Below, in pieces: positions 11,376-23,239 of a stretch of DNA of 64,000 nt. A program made the position numbers and the translations under genes. The stretch is taken from contig NW_003314292.1 in the NCBI RefSeq assembly GCF_000143415.4, positions 1,626,592 to 1,690,591 on the forward strand, written 5' to 3'. Every line of letters begins with the position of its first letter. Position 1 is the stretch's first letter. A model generated the notes under the pieces. That model had not been told where the DNA came from and did no database searches. It saw only the letters and a list, made by a program, of their open reading frames with translations. The stretch is from Selaginella moellendorffii (taxonomy: Eukaryota; Plantae; Lycopodiophyta).

Positions 11376-12385
11376 GTTTCTCGCGGTCTCTTTTTCCTTC
11401 GACTAAAATCTTGGCTAACATTGTTTGCTCCTCGTAAGCAGTTCATGGCTATCGCAAACGAAGGTTACCTTGGAAAGTTTGATCCTTTCTCTACGAAATA
11501 TATACATATATTTTCCTTGGACTGAAACTTCGCTAACTTTGTTTGCTCGTCCATGAATGCAGAGCGAATGAGTTCCTAGAGTGTACACTGCAGGAAATGA
11601 AGGTTGGTGCTACGTAACTCTCTCAGAATACAACATTCCATCGCTCATTGTTTCTTATCTGTGACGAGGCAACAAACTGTTTCAAGTGGCATCCACTGTT
11701 GTTTTTACTTCTTTAATGTGCCTCGGTTTTTCCTTTGCAGGACGGACGACGAAGCAACCGCTTCTCTTCTCTGTCAGTGTAAGTCATTTGCACGATGGAT
11801 GGCTACTCTTTTCTTTGCTCGATCTAATGCTATTTGGCCAGAAGTGCTGCACAACAATCCAGCCAACTGGTGCTCCGAACAAAGCGAACACGCAAAGTGA
11901 AGCAAAATCAATCACGCTCGCGAGAATTCAGCGCTGGAGAAGCTTCAAGGACTGGGTAAGATTTCGTCCCTGTCCTGTCGGGTGTTCCGCTAAGACATAG
12001 TCATTGTTTCTTTAAGGCATTGGTTGCCTGTATTCGTGTCAGCACGAGTGAAATGAGAGGGGCCAACCAACTTAGGCCGGTGTCATGCAAACGAGATGGC
12101 CATAATGCCCAGCTCTGACTTTTTCTCTCCTTTCTTTTTTCTCTTCCTTTTGTCAATGTGTCATAAAACTCGAGTGTAGAACCATTCAGTGTAGTTCATG
12201 AAATCCAGCGTCTCTCCAGTTGACATTGCATTTATCTCTTTTCAGTTCTGCTCTATCTCGTTTGGTTTCCTTTTTCATATTTGCTTGTTAAGAGTCAATC
12301 AGGACTTTGTCTACAGCCAACTTTGTTTTTGTGTTCTTCTTTCTTTAATCTCCTAACAAGTTATTGGTGCTGCAGTGCAGTGGGT

Positions 12386-13220
12386 TCAGGCGGCAGGAAT
12401 GAAATCCAGAGGGACTCTGTTACCGCATTTTGGACAGCACAAGTTATCTTTGGAGAGCATAACGTACATGAGGCACTGCCGGCAGCCTACAGTGACCATG
12501 ACAGGCCACTCCTGGGACTTTGCTCGTGCCTTTTGCCGTTTTGACTTCCTCGACTCGGCCTCGCAAGATTCAGCTCCGACTTGCGTGGTTGACGAACACG
12601 GAGACGACGAAGAAGATGAAATCGAGACGTGAGACGGCGATGGTGGAGGTGGTGGTGGTGGCATTGCGACCTGCTGTTGCTGCTGCGAGCTGCTCATCGG
12701 CCGGAGAGTTAATCTCAAATCCAGGTCCTCGATTTCTATCTGCAGCAGTGGACGGCTACGGCCGGTCATGGAGACTGTGGAACCTCTGATATTTTCCTTG
12801 GCAGTTTGTCCCAGACCAAGCTCCAAATCCACGACAACGCCGCTACTGCTGCTGCTGCTGCTGCTGCTGGTGCCGCTCGACACCTGAATTCTTTCGCTGG
12901 ACAGGTGAATTCTGTCGTGAAGTGAATTTTGCGTGAAGGACTGACTGTGCTCCAATGATTGTAGGGGAAGTCTGTGCGGTACAACGGCGTAGCTCTTGTC
13001 TCCGGAGACGCGATTCCGGAAGTAGACAACGCCAGACTGCAAACCAAAACTTCAGGGATTGAGAGAAACAGCGAACAAATCTTCTCACCTTCAAGTCAAG
13101 ACATTTCTCCCACCCGGACGGAAGTGGCTGCTTGGAATCCACGATCTCCAGCAGCGAGTCGACCGACAAGGAGCTGTGATAGCTCGCCGCGGAGGATTGC
13201 GGAGGAGGACAACACTTCAT
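12386..13220 (-). CDS. CFL1-like WW-domain, EAR-motif, GIR1-type zinc-ribbon protein, copy 1 (start codon uncertain)
   Basis: PLPSGWEKCLDLK|SGVVYFRN across intron 13037-13088; EAR-like VDLELGL and LDLRLTL; C-terminal GCRQCLMYVMLS...CPKC. Confidence 0.85.
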
Positions 13221-14444
13221 GGTGGCTGGACTTTGAGTGGGACTGAGGAAAAAGAGCTACTAAAGCTACATCCAACAAGCGAGACGAAAAATAAGAAAGG
13301 TGCGTCTCTCTCTGTGTGTGTTTGTGGAGTGTTTCTTTCTTTCTTTCGTCACTCTATCCCTCTTGTACTTACCAACGCCAGCTTTGTTTTTGTAGGTGGT
13401 TTCCTTTCTTTCTTTCTTTCAGCAACAAACGAGAGAGGCCCGAGCTACCGCCACCATCACCATCCACTTTGGAGGAATCAACAACCAAAATCCCTATCAA
13501 AGGCAAGCTTTTCCTTCCTTCTTTCTTTCTTAGCTTAAAGGCCCAGCGAGCTCTCTCTCGCTGGCTAGCAGGAGTTATACTAAAACACTCTCTTTTCCTT
13601 GTGTTTTTCTTTCCTTTAGTGTTCTTGGTACACTAAGAGACAGGGCAACAACGTCATGTGAAAACACACCAGTGGAAGTTGTGAAGCAAGGTCCACTGCC
13701 ATGAATGCTAATGCGACATGGCATCGCCTCATCGTCACGTCATGCCACACTATGTCACTGGCCGGGGCCCATCGCGGCCGTCGGCCCCGTGGGCGGCTCG
13801 GATGGCGTCCACGTTGCGCTCGGCCCAAGGTTCGTGGATGCTTGTTCTCTCGTTGATCATGCCATGTTTGGGTCTTTAATCAACATTGTCGTTGTTGTGT
13901 GGTGGCCTTGCAGTAATCACGTTGAAAAACTATGGAGGAGAGCTCCAAGCTTCCATGCCGCCATTAAAATCCCACGACTTGAGTGGTGGTGTGGACTGTG
14001 GAAGAGGAAGACGAAGAAGTAGCGAGTGGAATATCTCCGGGAATAATCTTGTCGTGTATCACATGAATGCATTCAAACGGACAAGGTGGCGGACGAGAAA
14101 GGTGGCGTGCAAACAAAGAGCTTGGAATGGACTTTCTGTGAGATCAAGTTCTTCGATAAATGGATCAATCTATTGATTTTGTTTGTTTGTTCCTTCGCTC
14201 CAGGGTCACTGAATGTTCCCTGTACCATACCAGCGCGTGAAAAGAAAATCTTGGATGGTCCTAGAAACAACTCGAGCTTTGCACGAATATCTACCATCGC
14301 CCAAGTGTGATCGATCGTCCATAACCATCCTTTTTTTTAATCATTATCGCCCAAGATCATGCTATTCATTGTATTTCTATAGTTTGGGGGTGGCAAGAAC
14401 AACTAGTGTGACGGTTCTTCTTCCAGATGAGAGAGAGCTCACCG

Positions 14445-15334
14445 TCACAACAAATCGAGCTCCAATCGTGGCTTCTTGCTTGGCAAATCTTGGAGAGGAT
14501 TGATCACGGAGCTCCCACATTTCGGGCACCGTGGATCCGAGCGCGTGAGCATCACGTACATGAGACACCGCTTGCAGCCGGTGAGAACAACCCGGGGGCT
14601 TGGGACGCTCGTCGATTCCTCCGCGACTACCCCCCCTCCTCTCCTGGATCGATCGTCCAATTGGATCTCCGACGATGATGTCGCCGAGGAGGTCGGGGAT
14701 TTGATCGATCGCTTGAGCGCCTCCTGGACCGCCTCGATCGTGGAGATGCCCAGGCTGGGCATCGACTCCCTGGACGAGGAACCCGAGTTGGCACTAGTGC
14801 TGCCCACGGCGAGATTGAGCTTCAAATCGACCAAATCGAACGACGAGGATGGCGATGGCGATGGCGAGCCTGACATCATCCTGTCCAGCTCCGATTGCAA
14901 ATCCCAGCAGCTCGTTGCGATCGCGAATGGGTGATTGTACGTGCTCTTGCCGGTGCTGAGATTCACGTAGTAGAATTTGCCGAGCTGCGAAAAGAAAAAC
15001 TCTTAGATCAATTCAAGCGAGATGAGGAAGAACGAGTGGATGGACTTACTTTCAAATCGAGCCTCTTCTCCCAGCCGCTTGGAGCGGACATCTCCATGTC
15101 GAGCTTCAAATCGAGCGTCTCGGTGACAGGAGTCTTGGTGGAGGAAGACGAAGAGCCGCCCAAGAGATCCAAAGTCGTGGTGCTCGTCTGATCGTTGCTG
15201 GATTCGATCGGCTGCCCAATCATGAACTGGAGGAGCTTGTTCTGATCTTCACCCCAGCCTCGCTTCTTGCCCCCTGCGCCGCCGCCAATGCCAAAGCGAG
15301 GTGACGTCCATCCGGAATCCATAGCCACTGCCAT
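14445..15334 (-). CDS. CFL1-like WW-domain, EAR-motif, GIR1-type zinc-ribbon protein, copy 2
   Basis: APSGWEKRLDLK|LGKFYYVN across intron 14985-15049; LDLKLD, VDLKLNL and terminal LELDLL; GCKRCLMYVMLTRSDPRCPKC. Confidence 0.87.
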
Positions 15335-17115
15335 ACTACAACGCTATGTTCCTCTGCCCAATTCCAGCGGCTTGACGAACCAATTTGCGATTTTGCTGCG
15401 ATGGGTCGCTGCGAGACGCTGGATTCTGCCGGGAAGCGGCTCGCTTTGGCGCGGAAAATCCTCGCTGGGCGGCACCGCCACCGAAGACCTTGTAGAGAAA
15501 ATGAAGAAGAAGACGAAGCGAAGAGGCCTAGCTAGGTATTAAAACAGTGGTGGGCGATTGCGATTCCACCAAAAAACTAAGAAAAAAAGAAGAAAGCACG
15601 CTGTTGCGCTGGGCCGTGGCGTCGCGGGCCAAGATTGATCGAACGATAGAGTGGGAGAAGAAGACAAAGATTAGAGAGGAAAGAAAGAGCGAGATGAGAG
15701 AGAGAGAGTGGAGTTCTCCTCGTCGCAAGTCAGGGAAGACGGCGTACAAATGACGACCAAACGTTTTCAATGCATCGCTCACACCATTAACACACCCCGA
15801 CTGGCACTGCTCACACGCACACGAAGAAAAAGATAAACTTCCAGCTTCGCGCGCCAGGGAGAGAGCTTCGATCGATGGGAGGAAGAAAAAGGAAGGGGGT
15901 CTAGGACTCTCGCTCGTGAAAGAAAAATCGACCAAAACCAACAGCGACTCACCAGCAAACCGCATCAAATGCCCGCAAACCAAACCCTCTCGCTGTCACA
16001 CGATCAAGCACACAAAACCTTTGAATCCATTCAAACCCCTCGCAAGGTTTTTGGCTTTGAATGGTGGTGGTGGCGCAAACCCAGGGTGGAAGATTTCTCT
16101 CACACACACAGAGAAACAAAAAGGGGAAGGAAAAGATGGTGGCGATGGTGGTGGCGCCGCCAAGCGATCTTCCTCGTCCTTTTTCTTCAAAGCATATAAG
16201 ATACGAGATCGATCGCCCACCCACACAACCGTAACACGCAAACAACAAGGGCAATACAATCGAAAAGCCAGACCTCGATCTATCATTTACCAGCGACGTG
16301 ACAAGCGAATGAAAGGTGATGGTTCCAGGCGATGATCACGGCAGGCAAAGCGACCGATCGCGCGCGTATATTTGTACCCCACCCGAGCGATGGAGAGCTT
16401 TCGCGGCGTTTGGATCGCTCGATGGAGCGGTCAGTGGATGTTTTCAAGAGGAAAGAGATTTCTTGGGTGGTAGTAGTAAAAGTATGTGTATGTATGGTAG
16501 GGACAAGCGCGCATTAAATGAGCTTGAAAAGAGTGGCGTGCCAGGAAGGGAGGGAGCATTTGGGGAGCCCTTGCATTCAATGGGAGGGCTTTGATCCCGG
16601 GAATCAAAGCCGGGCATATTCCGCGAATAACGCATACACGCATTCAAGCCCTCCACACCCAGTCGCCAAAATCTAATGCTTGCTATCCAATCGGAGTGAG
16701 AGAGTGAGTGAATTGGCAAATGAATCGAGCGCGCCCGCCATTAAAGTTCCTCGACTGGATCGATCAATTTCAAACGCGCATTGATACGGCAGTAAATCTG
16801 TCTCATTACGCGCGGGAGGAGGAAATTACTGCAGCACTCTCGCCAATTTTTCCGCTTTTCACCATAGATAGATGAGAGGATCAAGGGTTGACGACGCATT
16901 GTCAACGGATGTGTACAGAGATCCTCAAGAAATGATGAACAACACAATCATGTGGCGCTGTTAGTCAACAGCCACTAGCGCGAGATTAGGGTTCTTGGAT
17001 TCAAATAATGGCCGTCAGATGGACTCCATCGAACGGATGTTAGCTGGTTTATTTACTTTTAAGGCAAGAGGATTTGAATGTGGAGCGTTCGATCTTGGCC
17101 ATCGGACAGCCGAGG

Positions 17116-19002
17116 ATGGACCGGGACAAATTTGCCCGGGCGATTCAATCGTGCACGACTCTGTCCGCCGGGAGAGAGATCCACGCCCGATTCGCGACTG
17201 TGCTGAGCACCGGCGACATTTATCTCTCGCACAAGCTGCTAGAGATGTATGGGAAGTGTGGCAGCGCCGCAAGCGCGAGAGTGGTCTTTGATTCCATCCC
17301 GAGCAAGGATTTCTACTCGTGGGATCTCATGCTGTCCGCCTACGCGCGCAATGGCTGCGTCGACGAGGCCGAGTTTGTGTTCCATGCGATGCCGGACAGA
17401 GCGATCGTCTCCTGGAACGTTCTCCTGTCCGCGCTTGCCAAGGCGGGGAAATTGCGACGAGCCAGGCGGTTGTTTGATGAAATTCTTGATCCCAACTTGA
17501 TCTCTTGGACCACGATCGTAGCTGGGTATGCGCAGTTTGGCCAGATTGCGGAAGCAAAATACCTCTTTGATCGAATGCCCGAGAGGAACGTCTCCTCCTG
17601 GAACGCTCTTCTTTCTGCTTATGCCCAGAGCGGGCAATCGATCGAGGCGAAGCAGCTGTTTGATTTGATTCCAGTCCCAAACATGAGCTCCTGGACAGTG
17701 ATTGTCGGAATCTGCGCTCGCAGTGGCAAAATTGAAGAGGCCAAGAGATGTTTCGATAAAATGCCAATGCGTGATCTCATTCTCTTCACGATGATGCTCA
17801 CAGCATATGCCCAAAATGGGCATATTCTCCAAGCAAGAGCCTTGTTCAGCGAGTGTCCACAGTGGGATCTAGTGTCGTGGACCGCCATGTTGACCGCCTA
17901 TTCCGAGAGTGGCGATTTCGGAATGGCCAAGGAGATCTTCGACCAAATGGAGGTTCAGGATCTCATCTCCTGGACCGCCATCCTGACCGTCTATGCCCAC
18001 AACGGGCGCCTAGCGGACGCTCGAGATGTGTTTCAACGAATGCCGCAGAGGGACCTGGTGACGTGTACTGCCATGTTGGCCGCTTATGCCCAATCAGGGC
18101 AACTTGATCAAGCGAAAAGGATCTTCGACGAGATGCCCCAGCGGGACTTGGTGACGTGGAGTGCCATGCTGGCAGCTTATGCCACGCAAGGGCATCTGGA
18201 GGAGGCAAGGACGGTGTTTGAAGCTATGCCAGAGAGGAATCAAGTGACGTGGACGTCCATGCTGGCAGCTTATGCCGGAATGTCTTACGTGGAGCATGCC
18301 AAGCAGGTCTTTGACGCCATGCCCGAGCAAGACGTGGTCGCATATAACGCAATGGTTGCGGTATACGCCCATAACCGGCATTTGGAGGAAGCAAAGCTTA
18401 TGTTTGATTCAATGTCGCAGCGAGACCTAATCTCGTGGAGCGTTATGGTTGTGGCGTATACCCAACATGGGCATATAGGTCTCGGCAGGAGGATCTTCGA
18501 TCGGATGCCTTCTCAGGACATGATCTCTCAAAGTGGAATGCTGGCTGCTTACGCATATACTGGCAGTCCAAGCAGCGCATTTGATCTCTTGGACGAGATG
18601 AGACTGATTGATCCGCCCGACGAGAGCTGCATTGCATCGCTGCTCATTGCTTGCAGCCGCCTGGGAAGAGTTTTCGATGCTCGATGCTGGATGACCTCGA
18701 TGAAGTTTGACTATGGGAGGAGCCCAACAAAGCAGCACTACACTTGCATGGTGGATGTTCTTGGGCGATCTGGGTATCTCACAGATGCAAGGGATCTCTT
18801 AGATTCCATGCCTTTTATGCCTGATACTTTGGAGTGGACGTGCTTTCTCTCGGCGTGTTTCGATCACAACCAACTGGAATTTGGAGTAGAAGCGGCCAAG
18901 AGCGTTCTAAACTCCTTCCCAAAACATGGGGCTTTGTATGTGCTGCTCTCCAATTCCTTGCAAGGAAAGGCGTTGACTGGACTGACTAGACTTTACCGTT
19001 GA
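17116..19002 (+). CDS. PLS/SS-class PPR protein with E domain (organellar RNA-editing factor type)
   Basis: Long run of 31-aa short motifs (FDxMPxRDLVSWTAMLxAYAQxG) followed by HYTCMVDVLGRSG...WTCFLSAC...YVLLSN. No DYW domain. Confidence 0.9.
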   Translation: MDRDKFARAIQSCTTLSAGREIHARFATVLSTGDIYLSHKLLEMYGKCGSAASARVVFDSIPSKDFYSWDLMLSAYARNGCVDEAEFVFHAMPDRAIVSWNVLLSALAKAGKLRRARRLFDEILDPNLISWTTIVAGYAQFGQIAEAKYLFDRMPERNVSSWNALLSAYAQSGQSIEAKQLFDLIPVPNMSSWTVIVGICARSGKIEEAKRCFDKMPMRDLILFTMMLTAYAQNGHILQARALFSECPQWDLVSWTAMLTAYSESGDFGMAKEIFDQMEVQDLISWTAILTVYAHNGRLADARDVFQRMPQRDLVTCTAMLAAYAQSGQLDQAKRIFDEMPQRDLVTWSAMLAAYATQGHLEEARTVFEAMPERNQVTWTSMLAAYAGMSYVEHAKQVFDAMPEQDVVAYNAMVAVYAHNRHLEEAKLMFDSMSQRDLISWSVMVVAYTQHGHIGLGRRIFDRMPSQDMISQSGMLAAYAYTGSPSSAFDLLDEMRLIDPPDESCIASLLIACSRLGRVFDARCWMTSMKFDYGRSPTKQHYTCMVDVLGRSGYLTDARDLLDSMPFMPDTLEWTCFLSACFDHNQLEFGVEAAKSVLNSFPKHGALYVLLSNSLQGKALTGLTRLYR

Positions 19003-19150
19003 CGCAATCGCCACCGTTGGGAGGCCATTCCATCTTGGCCGTTGGAATCGGCCAGGTTTAGAGTCATAGTGAGCTTTGAACGCCAGGGCGCTAGCACGGG
19101 GAGAGAGCTTCTATGCGCTTCAAACCCTAAGGCGTTTGGGCGCATCGATC

Positions 19151-21239
19151 ATGCCGGTCGCGGCTTCCGCGATCTACTTCCTCAACCTGCGAGGGGATGT
19201 GCTCATCAATCGCCTCTACAGAGACGATGTCGGGTAAGAATCCTCCCAATTCTCTCCGGCATTTCGAGCGCTAGATCTAGGGTGTCCTGGGGCAGCACGG
19301 GGTCATATTTCGCGAGCTTTTGGGTCGGCTGGGGCCCGAGATCCAGCTCCGGAGTGAGAATTTAGGGCTCTTAGAGTGACTGGCTACGTTTAATTTTGCA
19401 GAGGGAACATGGTGGACGCCTTTAGAACGCATATCATGCAAACCAAGGACTTGGGAACTTGCCCCGTTCGCCAGATTGGTGGATGCTCCTTCCTCTACAT
19501 GCGGATCAGCAATGTCTACATTGTGATCGTCGTCAGCAGCAATGCCAATGCTGCCTGTGCTCTCAAATTTGTTGTGGAGGTCTACACTTTCAGAGATTTT
19601 GTTTCTCTTGTTCTTAAACTTTGCTCCTTTCTCGTTGGTTTTTCACAGGCTGTGGCTCTTTTCAAGAGTTATTTCGGTGGTGCTTTTGATGAGGACGCTA
19701 TCAGAAATAACTTTGTGCTCATCTACGAGCTTCTCGACGGTATTTTCGTTTGGTTTCATGGAAAATTCATCACGCTTTTGAATGTGCAGAGATCATGGAC
19801 TTTGGATACCCGCAAAATCTTTCTCCTGAGATTTTGAAGCTCTATATAACTCAGGAGGGTGTTCGTTCGCCATTCTCGAAGGTAGCGATGTGTTGCATTG
19901 CCTGGCTGGTTAACAGAATTTATCTCTTTCCAGCCCATAGATACAAGACCCCCAGCAAATGCTACTCTCCAAGTCACCGGTGCAGTGGGATGGAGAAGAG
20001 AGGGTCTTGTTTACAAGAAAAATGAGGTTTGCTGTTTTTCAAACTTTGATGCTAGACTAATACCGTATGCTTTCTAGGTGTTTTTGGATATCGTGGAGAG
20101 TGTGAACCTTCTTATGTCACAAAAGGGTAAGGCGCTTGCCACTGAAAAGTCCTTGTTGGAAATATTCTTCCTTCTTTATGTAGGGACAATCCTCAGATGC
20201 GACGTAACAGGGAAGATTCTCATGAAGTGCTTTCTATCGGGCATGCCTGATTTAAAGCTCGGGCTCAACGACAAAATAGGACTTGAGAAGGAAGCACAGG
20301 TGAAAGCGCGTCCTGCAAAAAGGTATGCTTTAAGGTGTACATTAGTGCAACCTTTTTGATTGATAAAAATTTTGCAGTGGGAAAACGATAGAGCTGGACG
20401 ATGTCACGTTTCATCAGTGCGTCAACTTAACCAGATTTAACTCCGAGAAGACGGTCAGCTTTGTTCCCCCGGATGGAGAATTCGAGCTGATGAAGTACTG
20501 GACAAGTTTGTGATGGTATAGCTAACTTGGTACTTATATCTTTTCATATCTTTTCCAGGTATCGAATCACTGAAGGGATCAACCTTCCCTTTCGAGTTTT
20601 TCCCAGCATCAAAGAACTTGGTCGCACGCGTATGGAAGTGAATGTGAAGGTAAACCAATATCTCTCAAGGCTTTCTTCTCAAGACTTCGTGCAGGTCAAG
20701 AGTCTCTTTGGATCAAAGATGTTTGCTCTTGGCGTAGTTGTAAAAGTTCCAGTCCCTAAGCAGACGGCAAAAGCGAGCTTTCAAGTTACATCCGGCCGCG
20801 CCAAGTATAACGCCTCAGTGGATTGCTTGCTATGGAAGTAAGGCTCCTTATCTTCGATTGTTTTCGTAACTGGACCACCAATTCTCAGGATCCGGAAGTT
20901 CCCCGGCCAAGCCGAGCTGACAATGAGTGCCGAAGTGGAACTTATCTCAACGATGGTCGAGAGAAAGAGCTGGACACGACCTCCAATTCAGATGGAGTTT
21001 CAAGTAAAAAACACTATCTTTCTCTTGCGTGATTTCTTACAATTTCTTACCAGGTCCCAATGTTCACTGCCTCTGGATTGCGGGTGAGGTTTCTCAAGGT
21101 AAGCAAACTCGTCGCGATTGTTTAGGAATTCTGGAATGATTTCTTTCTGGCTCCTCAGGTGTGGGAAAAGAGTGGATACAGCACAGTGGAATGGGTACGC
21201 TACATCACAAGAGCTGGATCGTACGAAATAAGGTGCTAA
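19151..21239 (+). CDS. AP2M: AP-2 complex subunit mu, multi-exon
   Basis: [75 protein letters not shown], ending [15 protein letters not shown]. Confidence 0.96.
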
Positions 21240-21718
21240 AAAAACGTGAGGGAAGGGAAGAAAATTTTTTGTTTGTTTTCCTTGTTGCAATGTGTGTAAA
21301 TGTAATCCCTTGATTCTTTCTCCGCGTGAGCTGTTTTATTTTAAGGGTTTAGCATATTCTTGGTAGAATATACTAGAAGCATATTTTCTTTTTAATTTTT
21401 TTTAGGGCTCGTGTTACTCTAGGGTTCTTGGTTGCTAGTCTAGGGTTATTGGCTTGCGGCTGTCGCGATGTGATGCGAACCAGCGCTGAGGTTTCGATCG
21501 ATGACGCATTCGAATCAAATCAGTCTTCAAAGTTTTCTGATCGCGCGGTTGACTGATTGCTAGCTAGATTGATTTGTTTTGGACGCTTACAGACGGTCGA
21601 GCTCCTGCCGTGCTCTGCTCTCCAGAGCAGGAGCTCAACATAATCTTAAGCAATATCGACTGGATTGGAGCTGGCCGCTGTGGGATTGCTTCGATTGAAT
21701 CGATCCCCAGCGCATTGC

Positions 21719-22882
21719 TCACATTGCTTGAAGAGGAAGAGGATGCTCTTTAATTTCCCCCTTCTCGGCGCTGGGCAGAGGCTCCAGATCCATCGCCGGT
21801 TTGTCCTCGTTCTGGACGATCTGGAGCTCCCCATTGCAGTAGAACGGCATTCCAGAGAAGCCCACGTCTCGCCGGAGCATGAAAAATCCCCCAGAGGGGC
21901 TGGCGGCGCTGGGGATGAGCGCGAGCCACACTGCGGTGTCCGCTCCAATCTCCACCGAATGCCCGACCTTGGTCGTCATGTCCGTGGCTGTCAATCCCGG
22001 GCACATCGAATTCACGAAGATCTGGCGGTCCTCTCGCGAGCTCTGCGCGATTTGCTTGTGGAGGAGGCGCGTGTAGGCGGCGGCGGCGATCTTGGAGACC
22101 CAGTAGCTCGAGACGGCCTCTGGATCGCCCGGGACGTAGTCGAAGGTCGGCCAGCCAGCGGCGGTCACTCGATTCTCCTCGACGTGGCGGAGGAATTCCG
22201 CGATGAATCGATCGATCTCTTGGGCGGTGAGGCGCCGGAGGTCTTGCAGCCTTTCTCTCCACTCGTTCTTGACGAACTGTTACGTAGAAACAAAGATGAG
22301 AACAAAGATCTTCGGGAAGAGAAAATCTTTACCGCGATGTCTCCGGCCTTGGAGTTCATGTTGATGATCCGGCCGCCGCGCTTGAGGAGTGGGAGAATCG
22401 CCTCGGTGGTCCTCTTGAGGCCGTAGTAATTCGTGCCGATGATCGTCCTCGCCGCCTCGAGTCTGTCACGATCTAGCAGCAGCATCACTCCCGCATTGTT
22501 TATCTGCAAGGAGGATACACGAATCTTAGATGTGATCACCGAGATCCCGCAGTAACGAATGCCAAGAACACCAAGAACACCAAGAACACTCGAAGTATTT
22601 TCCACTTGCCAGGATGTCAATGCCCGATGGATACTCCGCCGCGATCCAGCGCGCGATTTCTTCCACGGATCCGGCGTCGCAGACGTCCAGGCGGTGGTAG
22701 ACGACCGCCAATCCCTCGCGCGCCAGGGTTTCCGCAGCCTCGCGGCCCCGGCGCTCATCCCTGGATGTGAGAATCGTCGTAATGCCGCGCGACGCCAGCT
22801 CGCGCACGATCTGGAGGCCGAGCCCTTTGTTGGCGCCGGTGACGAGCGCGATCGTGTCCTTGCTCCACCATGTGGAATCCAT
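21719..22882 (-). CDS. Short-chain dehydrogenase/reductase (carbonyl reductase / neomenthol dehydrogenase-like), multi-exon
   Basis: Rossmann motif VTGANKGLG, INNAG, catalytic YWVSK, VNSMCPG..TDM. Confidence 0.9.
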
Positions 22883-23239
22883 GACCACTGATCCAACGAA
22901 GAACTGCGCTATATGTGTGAGGTGATAGTTTATCTTCTAGAGCTCCACTATCGTATTTTATTTGAAGTGGCATTCACGCGGCATTAAGGAAGCGCTTGTC
23001 GCTGAAATCGATAGTCTGGTCGGGTCGTTTCGCTTGGATTTTTCGATGCGATCGAGCATCCAACTGTTGCCGTCAAGTCTTAGGGTTTATCTGCGTGTCT
23101 TCTTGTGACCACGCTGGAGGAGCAATGGCCACTCCATAGGCAAATCTGGATCAAGATGTATGGATCACTCGCGTTATTTCCACGATATCGTGATCATGTT
23201 ATCAAGTTAGAATGTTATTTTTCTTCCACTCAATGTTTC

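Noticed and set aside
15540-16990. Short ORFs upstream of CFL1-like copy 2
   Set aside because: Low-complexity, purine-rich UTR/promoter-like sequence without coding signatures.
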